A DNA stretch of 64,000 nucleotides, from the sequence record MT612989.1; one strand, given 5' to 3'. A program made the position numbers and the translations under genes. Of this stretch, positions 27,627 through 38,418 are shown piece after piece. Position 1 is the stretch's first letter. The number at the start of each line of letters is the position of its first letter. A model generated the notes under the pieces. The model saw only the letters and a program-made list of their open reading frames with translations, did no database searches and was not told where the DNA came from.

Positions 27627-28313
27627 CTAATCGGTTTCTGTCGCTTCGCTCTTCTCGATTATATTACCTTCTAAGTCAACTTCACCATAGATAAAGTCGT
27701 TTTTGAATGTTTCCCAATCATAGAATGCTTCGTGATGTTCGCACAAATCAAACCCTTCATAGCTATTCAGCTTGCGAGTACTAATAGAGCTTCGAATCAA
27801 TTCAAGGCTGCTGTTCTTTAAAATCTTGCTAATCAAATTCTCGTTGTACTCTGAGATATCTCGACCATAATCGTACTCATCGAATACGACTCTAACTTGT
27901 CGGCGATCATGCTTGTCTACTAGAATAACTGCACGACACTTGATCGTTCCTTTAAATGTAAATGAACTAGACACATCGAATGATTTCTGTTCTGTGTAAG
28001 CTGCTACTTTCCATTCACGGTCTGGGAATATTTTTTTGAAAAGTTTCTTTAACATGTTGACCTCTTATAGAACGATGCGAGTGTGACGACCGTCGAATTC
28101 AGCTTGCAAACCTGCATGGCGAAGAAGAGATTCTAAGTCTGCTAGATTTGGGACAGTGTACTTGCCAGAATCACGTAAGTATGTTGCGTAATCTGAAATG
28201 AAGTTATCGCTACCTGCTTTCATTGCATACTCAAGAACGAAGTTTGTGAACTCGTCTGCTGCTTTCTCGTTCTCGTCCCACCACATTAGAAGTTTGCGAA
28301 GATTGATTTTCAT
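27627..28313 (-). other. Two hypothetical CDS (27627..28055, 28065..28313)
   Basis: Tiled ORFs behind cassette 28314-28394. Confidence 0.7.
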
Positions 28314-28394
28314 AATGTTCTCTCTTTTTGTTTAACTCGTTAGCTGTTGTGACTATAATAATAAAAGTGGCTGCATAGCGCAACCACTTTTTTC
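28314..28394 (-). promoter_or_regulatory. Terminator-promoter fusion cassette (AGTGG-TTGCGC-TATGCAGCCACTTTT...TATTAT)
   Basis: Hairpin 28363-28391, -35 at 28378-28383, -10 at 28355-28360, GAGAGAACATT-ATG leader. Confidence 0.8.
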
Positions 28395-28396
28395 AA

Positions 28397-28726
28397 TTAA
28401 TTTAAAATAACGTACATCGTTACCAAACTAGCTGCATGTAAGAACTGGTCAAAGCCAATGACTTGGAAGAACTTACGAGTTTCACCTTTCGCCCAAAGTG
28501 AGCTTGTCATTCTCGAAGTCGCATAGTCAACGACCATGTGCAACATACCAGTTAATATTGCAAACACGATACCGAATGGCAAGAAGCAGATTGCATACGT
28601 GATACAGTGTCTTGCTAATGGCCACATGTTTTTGCTTTTGTTTAACGCTTGATGTTCTGTCTGTACGAAGAAATCAGCAATGAAATGCACTGCGAACAGT
28701 GCAAGTAAAGTTGTTAATGAGATCAT
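28397..28726 (-). CDS. DUF3307-like membrane protein
   Basis: H..ADF..QT...A..K, H...Y, H..VDY, GFDQFLH motifs. Confidence 0.75.
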   Translation of the reverse strand: MISLTTLLALFAVHFIADFFVQTEHQALNKSKNMWPLARHCITYAICFLPFGIVFAILTGMLHMVVDYATSRMTSSLWAKGETRKFFQVIGFDQFLHAASLVTMYVILN

Positions 28727-30791
28727 TCAATCACCTTTAGAGGCTCGAATCGTACCGAGTCTTCCTTAGTTGCCCATGCTTGGTAAACTCGTTTCTTTGA
28801 GTTCTCTGTTTCGATGCGATTTTTGATGGCTGATTCAGCTAAAGCGCGTGCACCAGATTCGGTTTCATCACACCAACCACTCGGCTCCCAATGATCGAAG
28901 ATAATACCTTCGTTGAGTTCTTGAGTGTACCAGTAGTAGCCGTTACCTAATTCACCACAATCGCGACCGTAATCTTTGTTGTATTCATACACAACACGAT
29001 ATTTCAGTAGCGGTTTTTCAGCTAAAGGGTCTGATTGAATCACTTTAGTACCGACTACACCTAGTGCAACTGCGATTAAAATTGATACAAGTGGCTTTGC
29101 TTTTACAAATTCGTTTACTTTTTCTAACATTGTTTTACTCTCTTGTTGTGGTTCATGGGTGTTGACTGGCATCCCGTTTTCATAAATGATCATAATTTCA
29201 AGCTAGAATAGTTGATAATTACCATCGATGTGTGAATGTACGACTGTGCAAGCTGACCGTTGTCTTCTGAGTAATTGTACGTGAACGCATAACCTTCAGT
29301 ATACGGGTGCTTTGTAATACCAGTCACGCGAACAATATCTTGACCGCCTTTAAACGGTTTGCCTGATTTCTTCACTACGTCTTTGCCGATTGCATGTAAC
29401 GGGTCGTTGATTTCGCATAGAGTTTTGTCAATGCGCTTTTCGATACAACTAATTTCAGCTAAAATCTTTTCGTTCATTTCGTCGCGTTTCTGCCACATGT
29501 ACTGAATGTTGTCTGGTAAAGCAGACATGACACGCTGACCACGATGAGACAAATCATCGTTTAATGCTTCTTGGAAGCTAATGACTGGATCAAACAATCT
29601 AACTGCTGCTCTTACGCGCATTGCTTGACGTGCAAATTCTTCTTGTGATTTCATTTCCAAAACTCCCACCATTTCTTTTCTTTTTTCTGAGTCTCACCTA
29701 GGACTACTACACCAATACCGCGATCACGCTCTGTTTGAGAACGAAGTGAATCTGTTTTAGATTGCTCGACATGTTGAATTTTCGTCGCTTTCTTTTTCGG
29801 CTTGAACTTTTTAGCAATAGTTTCTTGCGTTCGAGACTTCTTGAATTCCATTGCTTCTGTATATGCAGCACGTAATTGACGAGATTGCTCAGTTGTGAAT
29901 ACGCGCTCTGTTGTGTTCCCGTTCCAAATATCACGAAAGTCACTGCGCCATAAGCAAACACCATTGTCAAAATCAACTCGATATGTGGTTGTTTCGAATT
30001 TATCAGGTGTCTCTCGCATAACACGACACATTTCATCAACGGTGTCTTGCATTTTGTGTCGTTTAGGTTCTTGTTTTGAGCGACCTTCAAGCTCGTAATC
30101 AGACCAACCTTTAGTCATTTTTAACCTCTATTTTTATCTCGTGAAGATAATTACCAGGTGAACGATTATCTTTTGAACCGTAACCAAGACGAACGTGCAA
30201 CACGTTTTCAGACGACTCAAGTACAATGTGACGATTGAACTGTCGCATGTAAGAGCCACTGCTTCGATCTAAAATCGACTGTTCGACGACTGCGACAATG
30301 TGTTCTAGATCATCGTGCTCGTACTCAGGTAGCTTTTCGCCGTTTTTCTGAACGCCAGTCAGTAAGTACTTGCCTTCTTTAAGACATTCAGTGCTATTCC
30401 AGAATGTATCTTCTGTGATGTCGCCTACAGTGAGGCGACTAACGTCTTTTTTAATCATAATCTACTTCTTAAAAATTTGAAATGATGCATGTGCATAACG
30501 ACACCACGGTTTGTTGTACTCGACAACATAGTCATTTGGAAGCATGTCGTTAAACTCGCGTAGAACCTTCTGTATCGTCTTCTCAGGGACAGAAAGACGT
30601 ATCCCGACAAATCGTACGCTCTTACCAGAAATGTTGCTACGATGCGTTGACGTGCGTTTCTCGCGGTAAAGCTTGCCATAACCAACGTTGTTACTACGCA
30701 GTACTTCTTTGAACAGCTTAGTCACTAAATCATTTGATGATACAGAAGCGTGACCGAAGTGAATATCGCTTGTCATAGTAATTTTTGTCAT
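28723..30791 (-). other. Run of hypothetical early CDS (28723..29193 TM-anchored, 29190..29672, 29651..30118, 30111..30458, 30462..30791)
   Basis: Overlapping start/stop tiling on the minus strand. Confidence 0.65.
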
Positions 30792-30809
30792 AATTTTCTC
30801 TTTCTGTGT

Positions 30810-30917
30810 TTCGTTTCGATATACACATAATAGGTAAATTCTAAACACTCGTCAAGAACTTTTTCAAATATTTTCTTCAGACCTAAAAAAGCCCCGATTA
30901 AGGGGCTTTTATTAACG
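30810..30917 (-). promoter_or_regulatory. Terminator plus early promoter cassette (TTGACG-17-TATTAT-...ATCGAAACG)
   Basis: -35 at 30850-30855, -10 at 30827-30832; 30871-30917 is a 46/47-identical copy of 51712-51758. Confidence 0.8.
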
Positions 30918-32507
30918 CCAGTCTTTGAAAGACTCGTATGGTGTTTTCTCTATAGTAAAGACAGTTTTACCGTAAATGCGATTGATTTTGTCTACAGACC
31001 AACCTTTCAAGAACTTTTGAACATACTCACGCGGGATGATTTGGTCAATCATCAAGTATCGAGTATGAGAGTTGTAATTTGATTTTGTATCGTCGAGCAT
31101 GTCTAGCTCGTAATCTCGATTACCGAATTGGTCTTCTTTTAATAGCAAGCGACACTTCACTTGTGGTTTGCGATCTGTTACTGTCCACAGATCTATGTTT
31201 TCAGAACGACCTATGACTTTCCAGTGCTTCTTAGAAAATAATTGTGTTATCAAATTAATCATAAGTCCCTACTACCTTTCTAAACTTTCGCGCTTTTCTG
31301 CGTTCTTTTCGCTCTTCTAGTTGCAAGAACTCAACAAGTGCTTCGACATTATCTCTCTCAACGACATAACTACCGCCGTAACCATTCGGTTTAGTCACGG
31401 TTGACCAGAATGGCCAATACCAAGTTCTTGCTTGAATTCGATATGTCTTTTGCCCATAACCGTCTTCTAATTCAATAAATCTGATTTTCATCATGACTCC
31501 AACCATTTTAGCGTGCGTTCTAAACGCTTCGGGTTAAACCAATTATTGATAAAGTCTTTGCAATTGCTCTGACCGCGTTTCTTCACGCCACAGAAACGAT
31601 GTTGGTAAGTTTTCTTGATGACTTTCTCACCACACCCAGGGCATTCAAACTCATCACCAATTGACATTTCATCGGCAATCATGTAACGAGTCTTTGCAAG
31701 TTTCTTACGTTGCGCGTCTGACATACCAACATCTACCATTAGATGATTCTGATACACTTTGTGTCTCGCTACGTCAGGGTAGTTATCAAATGTGATTTTT
31801 AGATAACGCTCTGATGGCTGTGTCATCTTTTGCAACAACTCGCGTTTGATTCTGAACATATCGAACATGTCATCGACGGGATGAAGAGAAATAAACTCTT
31901 CATCTTCGTCTAGTTCTGAAACGTTACGGGGTGTAACGTCACGTTGCATGAGAGTTTTCACTAGATCTTCAAGCTTAGATACTCGCCTTTTCAACGCGAT
32001 GATTTCTGCTCTATGGCTATTCATTTACTCACCAAATACGATTGCTTTGTTTTGAGTTGGTGGCGCGAAACGAATCAAGTGGCTGAACTTCAGTAAGATT
32101 TCCTCTTGACTAAAGTAATACCCGCCGATGAAACAGCCGTTATCGTGATTTGGTCGTAGTGAAACGCTCATTAAAGGACCGCCCGCAAGTTCCATGCACT
32201 TCTGCAAACCCGCAGCGGTATCCCAAAGATTACCTTTGAATTCTTCATAGTGATAACCTTTGTTCTTGAATACAGTACCACCTTTCATTCGTAGTTTGAA
32301 TGTGCGACCTGCAAACCCACCCTGTTCACCGATTGTAAAGTGACGCCAAACACCGTCTGTATTACTAATCAGAAAACGACCGTGGCGCTCATACACTGCT
32401 TCGGCTGGAAGACGGTCGACGATTAGATTGAAACTACCTTGTGCGATTGATGAACCGCACATCATACCAGTTGTTAAATTGTTAATATGAATTGCATATA
32501 CTTTCAT
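30912..32507 (-). other. Hypothetical CDS run (30912..31262, 31255..31506, 31491..32024 with CPGC..FC..C zinc ribbon, 32025..32507)
   Basis: Tiled ORFs. Confidence 0.65.
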
Positions 32508-33331
32508 TACGCACCTACAATGTGTTTTAAGTCACGAGCAATTTTCTCGTAATTTTCTGCCATTCTTTCGTTTGCTACGCTTTCGAACATTGAAACTAGC
32601 GTGTCGCCTCGCAATGCCTGCGCTTCTTTCTCAAGCTTCTCGATATACATGCGAATGTTATTAACCAAACCGTCTGCGACATCGTGGTTCCATGCCATTC
32701 GCTTGTTGCTGAAACGTTTATCTTCGGTTACTTCTCGAATGAACTCAAAAGGCGCGACGAATGCATCTGCATCTTCTTCGTTATTGAATTCAGCTTCGAT
32801 GATGTAAAACGGGCGATTGGTGAATCGATCAGCGTCATAATGCACGTCATCAACTTCACCAGACCAACGAACTTTTTTAATCAAGCCGGTAGGGGTCACT
32901 TCAGTTGTATTGTGATTGAGCTTGTCATCTTTCTCAATCGCATCAACGATCAAATCTGTATAACCAAACTCTAGTGGAATGTTGATTTCACGCTTTGAAA
33001 TGCCGTCACCGTGAGGTAACTTGATGGTGAATTCAAGACTTTCAGATGAATCTTCATGCACAGTTCGACGCATACGAGCACCGAGCTTGCGTAAATTCAC
33101 GCCAGTTAAGTCGGGACAATCTTTCGGTGCCTTGATTAGATAACCGCGATTTTCTTTCACACGACTGTTGATGTAAAACGAACCATCAATAAAAGAGATT
33201 TCATTTTTCTTGAAATAACGTTGATAGATGTTCATTCCAGTAGTGTCGCTGTCACGATAGCTCAGCCAGTTTACAAATTCGCGATATTGTTCGCCAGTAA
33301 CTAGCCATTTACGTTCGATTTCAATTTCCAT
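32507..33331 (-). CDS. CYTH-domain (triphosphate tunnel metalloenzyme) protein
   Basis: EIERKWLV, RMRR, FTIK, KREIN, IKKVR, IIEAEF and SN..MA motifs. Confidence 0.85.
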   Translation of the reverse strand: MEIEIERKWLVTGEQYREFVNWLSYRDSDTTGMNIYQRYFKKNEISFIDGSFYINSRVKENRGYLIKAPKDCPDLTGVNLRKLGARMRRTVHEDSSESLEFTIKLPHGDGISKREINIPLEFGYTDLIVDAIEKDDKLNHNTTEVTPTGLIKKVRWSGEVDDVHYDADRFTNRPFYIIEAEFNNEEDADAFVAPFEFIREVTEDKRFSNKRMAWNHDVADGLVNNIRMYIEKLEKEAQALRGDTLVSMFESVANERMAENYEKIARDLKHIVGA

Positions 33332-34649
33332 TAGTCTGCCGCTCGTGTAATAAAGTTGTCGTTTTCATCAAGTCCGTGATGTACACGGTAGTGCTCATCA
33401 ACTAATTGCTTAACAGTCGTTGCGTTTAACCCGCGTGAAGCTTCGATAAGTTTAATATCGTGCTCGATTGATGTAATCTGTACTGCAATGTCAGAAATGA
33501 TTTTCTGAACAACTGCAATTTCACCACCTTGTTTGTGAGGCAATGCTACAACCCACCCGAATTGTTTTTTCTTCAGAGATTCGAGCTTTTCATTTAGTAA
33601 TTCTAACGTGTACTGCATTAGATAGTCTCCACTGTTTTGTCTATCTTACCACATTTCACGCACGTCATAATGATAATACGCTTGCGTGACGTGAGTTCTT
33701 GCATGTGATATGAGTTACGAGGTGTTGGGACGTTGCCTGTCATTTCGCCGTATACTTCACCACTTGATTTCGTTGTTTCGTCTTTGACGATCATCCAGTC
33801 ATGCTTGCAGTCTTTTTTGCAAGTCAGATATATGGCAATACAAGCACATACTCCCGAGAAAATAAGCCATTCCATGATTAACCCCACTTACGGTCAAATG
33901 TCACTGTGTTGATGATGTAGTCTTGATTAGCACTGCACCACTCGATTGTGTAACGCTGCTCGTGCGTGCATAGACGATCTTCATTCCATCTTTCAGCACA
34001 ATTGTTGATAAGATCTTCAACGTCAGCGATTGTACGTTCGCTTGCACGCTCTGAGAAAAGCACATCAAATGAATCTTCTGTAATGATAACAATCGTGTAG
34101 CTGTTTTTATGAAAGTTGATTGTCGCATCTAGCGGTTCGAGTACATTAAAGTGATCACATAGCGGTATGCTAGGGTGAACTGCATCAAAAACAAATTGAT
34201 TGTACTTCGCAGCAAACAAACGAATGCCAGTGCCTTCGACGTTAGAGATCATTTCTTCCCAAATTCGAAGACCGGTTTGTCGCTCAACATCTTGAAAAGA
34301 CCAAAGTACAGGTGATAATGAGTAAATCATAATGCGCTCCTTATAGTGCGATACCGTGAACAGATTCTGTGTCGTTTTCTTCGTAGATTTCAAAAAGCAT
34401 TTCTGACATTGATTCGTTGAAGATAAGACCGATTTCATCGACGTGATCGAAGTCACTTGCTTGAACTGCTTTTGCTAATGCAAGAACATCTTCGCGTGAC
34501 AACTCAAGATGGTACAACAACTCAAGTTCATACACAGTAGAGTCGAGAACTGTCTTTGTTTTAACAAAGTTCATGATTGGAGCACTTAGTGCTGAATCAA
34601 GTACGCAGAAGATAGCTAGTTGTTCTTTGTTTGTAGATAGTGTAATCAT
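33331..34649 (-). other. Hypothetical CDS run (33331..33618, 33618..33887, 33878..34331 approx., 34341..34649)
   Basis: Tiled ORFs; start of last corrected to MITLS. Confidence 0.6.
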
Positions 34650-34725
34650 AATGTTCTCTTTAGTCGTTGTCGTTTCGATGTAGCTATAATACAAAAAAGG
34701 GCTGACATCTGTCAACCCTTTTCGA
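34650..34725 (-). promoter_or_regulatory. Terminator-promoter fusion cassette (GGG-TTGACA-GATGTCAGCCC-TTTTTT-G-TATTAT-AGCTACATCGAAACGAC)
   Basis: Hairpin 34699-34718, -35 at 34710-34715, -10 at 34686-34691. Confidence 0.85.
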
Positions 34726-36265
34726 AAAGTTTTTTGATTTTGTCTATAAGTGACGGAGGCACGATAACTGGCTTTTCTTCTTCAGTGTAGCCAATAAATG
34801 GTCTGCGTGCTAAACTGTAGCAGTCATTGCACAGAATCATACCAACACCATCACTGTACCCGTCAGGGTGTCCGCAGATTTCACACTTCATAGAACAACT
34901 CCGACATCTTTCAAGAAAACTTTATTACCTTTGTATTCGAAGTATTTTCCGCGCTTACGATCTTCATGAATCGGTTTAAAGCGAACAATACCAATACGAC
35001 CTGTATCGTTGTTTCGTAATGCATACGCGATGCGTTTTACATTACGTGAAATCTCAGCAATCACCAATTGCTTGTTACCGAGATTCACTTTTGTATAAGC
35101 AAACGGTACGTGAAACCATTGATAGCTCATTTCATTTCCCGATGCATTAAAGAACGTAGTTTTCATCTATACCTCTGAGAGCGTCTGTGCGTCGATTTGA
35201 GACATTTTAAGATTAACGGGACCACATACAAATCCTTTGTCTGTTCCGCCCCATATGCCTACGCTACGTTCGTTAGAGCCGCACATACAGAACATATATG
35301 CTTTGCCTTCGATTAATTTCGGAGGTGGCTTGCGAATTGTACCGAATACACCGTGAACTTCTTCGACTGTATGATATGCAAAATCGAAATTAGGAACCAT
35401 CTGTACGATTCTAGATTCTCGAAATCCCCAATTGGGTTCAGTCTCAGTGACTTTATAATACGCGCCGATTTGATATTCGTTACCAGAAGCGTCTTTGATT
35501 ATTTCTTCGGGTTGATAATTTGACATGATTAATCTTCACAATTTTCAAGTTCAATTCGAAGCTCGTTTGTTAGAACGACATCTTCCCAATTTGTTTCAGG
35601 ACAACATACAAACCATTTACCGTCTTTAAACATGTAGTTGTATTCTTGCTCGGGGATGTTGTCGATGTAAATCGTAAGGTCTTCACCACGATCACGAGCG
35701 TAGAAAACGCTATCTTCGATTGTACCACTAAGTGAGCTACATTCACCTTGATCGATAAGTGCATTGATTTCGTTTTCTGTTCGGTAGAACTGAAGTAGAT
35801 TGTCAGCAACACCACCATCCCATAAACCACCATCCCAGTGACAGTAGATTGAACGAACTTGACCGTTTTCTTGTGTAATGCTAATGCTTGAATTTGTGCT
35901 CATTAAATTGCTTCCCATGTTGTGATTGTTACTTCGTGTGCTGGTTCCCATTCATACTGCTCTAAGCATTCTTGAACTGAGTACCAATAAGGGTCGATTG
36001 CGTCTGATAAGATCCAATAACCGACTAGCTCTGGGTCAATATCTCGCTCTTCGCATGAATCTTGACTTAACCAAGATGTTTTGAATTTAGTATACGTGCC
36101 TTGTCGTATCTCTATGACATACTTCGCTTGTGGCACGCCCTTTCTATCTGCAAGATTGACAGTATCAATATGCGAGTAGTTGTGCTTGATTTGATCAAGC
36201 TGCTCTTCAGTGAATACCATAAGTACCTCAATATCCCAAGGAGCTGAAACAGTGTCGCCAGACAC
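34712..36265 (-). other. Hypothetical CDS run (34712..34891 CxxC/CxxC peptide missed by the track, 34888..35166, 35167..35526, 35529..35903 with IYCHWDG motif, 35903..36220 approx.)
   Basis: Tiled ORFs; IYCHWDG is a widespread phage motif of unknown function. Confidence 0.6.
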
Positions 36266-36273
36266 TCAGCTCC
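36240..36273. other. GC-rich bulged hairpin in an intergenic gap
   Basis: GGAGCTGA/TCAGCTCC outer stem, 4-nt bulge, GTGTC/GACAC inner stem, 4-nt loop; no U-tract. Confidence 0.6.
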
Positions 36274-36294
36274 GCAGGAACGCCGATTTTTGTA

Positions 36295-37029
36295 CTATTT
36301 TTGCACAATGTATTCAATTTTGCCATCTACTTCTTGCGGGATTGCTTTCTCAACAACGCCACTGAAAGTAAACTGCTCAAGCGAGATTGCCGCTTGCTGA
36401 TCGTCGCCAGTACCGAATTCATTCACCGGTTTCACGTCAACCTTGATGATGTCTTCGGCAGGGACCGGCTCATTTTCAGGGATTGTGTAGAAAACACCAC
36501 CCGTGTGATACAGAAGCTTCCACTTGCCCCAGCCGTCCTCGGTAAACGTCTGAACACGAAAGATAGCGTCGCGCCTTGGCATCTGAATAGTGTAGCGAGT
36601 GTCGCACTCAGGGCAATGACGTACTGTACGACCTTTCATGTCTTGCGAACGCACACTAAGCAATCTGTGATCTTCAGTATGACATAGACATTTATCGTCT
36701 GGTGTTTGGTAGTGATAGCGCATGATCTCAACTGAGGTCGCAATGCCGCAGAAGTATGGCGCGTGAATTGCTTCTTTCGGCACACGTTCGTCAATAACGT
36801 AGGCATAACGATAGTTTTGTTGCATATTGTCTCTAAACAACAGCACTTCGATTTGCCCGTCAGGCAAGTAATCGTTAGCAACTAGATGTTTAAGATTCTC
36901 TGCCCATAAGTTGACAAAGTAATAGCCTTGTGAGTTGCTACAGTAATTGCCGTGTGCGAACGGGAATGAACCTGATACGCCACAAAGAGACGACATACCG
37001 ATTTTTGCTTCGATTTTAGCTTTTTTCAT
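36295..37029 (-). CDS. Cys-rich hypothetical protein with visibly higher GC than its flanks
   Basis: 244-aa ORF, CLCH...CPEC motif. Confidence 0.7.
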   Translation of the reverse strand: MKKAKIEAKIGMSSLCGVSGSFPFAHGNYCSNSQGYYFVNLWAENLKHLVANDYLPDGQIEVLLFRDNMQQNYRYAYVIDERVPKEAIHAPYFCGIATSVEIMRYHYQTPDDKCLCHTEDHRLLSVRSQDMKGRTVRHCPECDTRYTIQMPRRDAIFRVQTFTEDGWGKWKLLYHTGGVFYTIPENEPVPAEDIIKVDVKPVNEFGTGDDQQAAISLEQFTFSGVVEKAIPQEVDGKIEYIVQK

Positions 37030-37178
37030 TAGATGCTATATCCGTGATTAGTGAAACACCGAACCCGATTACAACCATCGCAGGTGCGATGAGCATCATT
37101 GGGTTGTGTGAGTATAGAGTCGGTGTCATTACACCAACTGCATAGATTGCGACTATTCGAAATAGCGTGAATATTGCT

Positions 37179-38305
37179 TTAGGCATTTTTCTTACTCATT
37201 TTTTCAATGAGGTACGTAATCAGATGTTTTACTGGCGCCTGCACATCTTTAACGAATGTTTTTCTATTATCGAACCACATTTCAAAAATTAGCCATGAAC
37301 TGACACCAATCGCCATCCCAGGTAGCAACCCGATGATTGTCGGTACTGCATGTTCATACATTGACGATGCAATGAATACATTGAACGTGATTATAAACGC
37401 ATGATAGTACGTTAAACATACGTGACGTTTCCAGATAATTTCTTTTTGTACTGTCACTACTATTCTCCAAGCTCAAGTTCTTCGATGATTTCTGAAATTG
37501 CCATGCCAGCCGCAACATCTGCGCCTAGACGAGCAACAGCCATACCTCTGATTTCGCCTTCAGTTAGACCGTCGATGATCTCAACTGCGTCGCGAATCGG
37601 TGATGTTGCATGATGCACAGTCTGACCAATCGGGTCGTTGATGAAGTCGTCTACTGTGTTAACTGCACTGTCAAATATATCTTCTACAAAACCAAACATG
37701 ATGTTTTCCTTTAAATGTGTGTTAGTGTTGCGTTGTCAGCTAGACGAAACAGCTCAGTTTCATCTAAGCGAGTACCATCGGTGAAAATGTAAATGCTGTC
37801 ATCGTCATACACGGCAACGAAGTGACCGCGAATCAACCCGACATGAGTCGTAAATACTTCTTCAGTGCGAATATTCTGTACGCGAATTGGCATACCGACT
37901 TGAACAACTTGTTCAACGTCAAAAACAGTTAGTTTCAACATATTATTTCCCTTGATTGAATAATTCATTCGTACTGTCAATGTACAGTGAACTGTACTTA
38001 GCAGGTCGCTCGAATTTGTACATACCAGTTTCCATTAACTCACCGTTGTCGAGAAACGCATATGTTTCATTTTCAACGTCGATTCGACACAAGCTAGTGC
38101 GATCATCGTTCATAACGCGATACACATTTGAGTGGTCGATTGATGCATTTTCAAGAAACGCTTTTTCGAACTCATCTAGTGCAACAATCACCCAGCCGTC
38201 AGCTTGATTGAATTCATTATTGAACCAACCAAGAACAGGTGTCGTGATTTCAAGTTCAATGTGAGTCGTGCTTGTTACTGCATTGTCGCGTAGATGAGTT
38301 TTCAT
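37179..38305 (-). other. Hypothetical CDS run (37179..37457 TM, 37460..37699, 37711..37980, 37943..38305)
   Basis: Tiled ORFs behind cassette 38306-38418. Confidence 0.6.
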
Positions 38306-38418
38306 AATGTTCTCTGTATCTCGTTTCGATATAGCTATATTAGGGGTATTCGTCATTTAATGCAACCACTTTTTCAAATTATTTTATTCAAACCGAAAAA
38401 AAGACGCCGAAGCGTCTT
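38306..38418 (-). promoter_or_regulatory. UUCG terminator plus early promoter cassette (AAAAAGTGG-TTGCAT-17-TAATAT-...ATCGAAACGAGATACAGAGAACATT-ATG)
   Basis: Terminator 38401-38418, -35 at 38360-38365, -10 at 38337-38342. Confidence 0.8.

Noticed and set aside
36240-36273. Integron attC site
   Set aside because: Lacks the RYYYAAC/GTTRRRY core sites; no integrase in the window.
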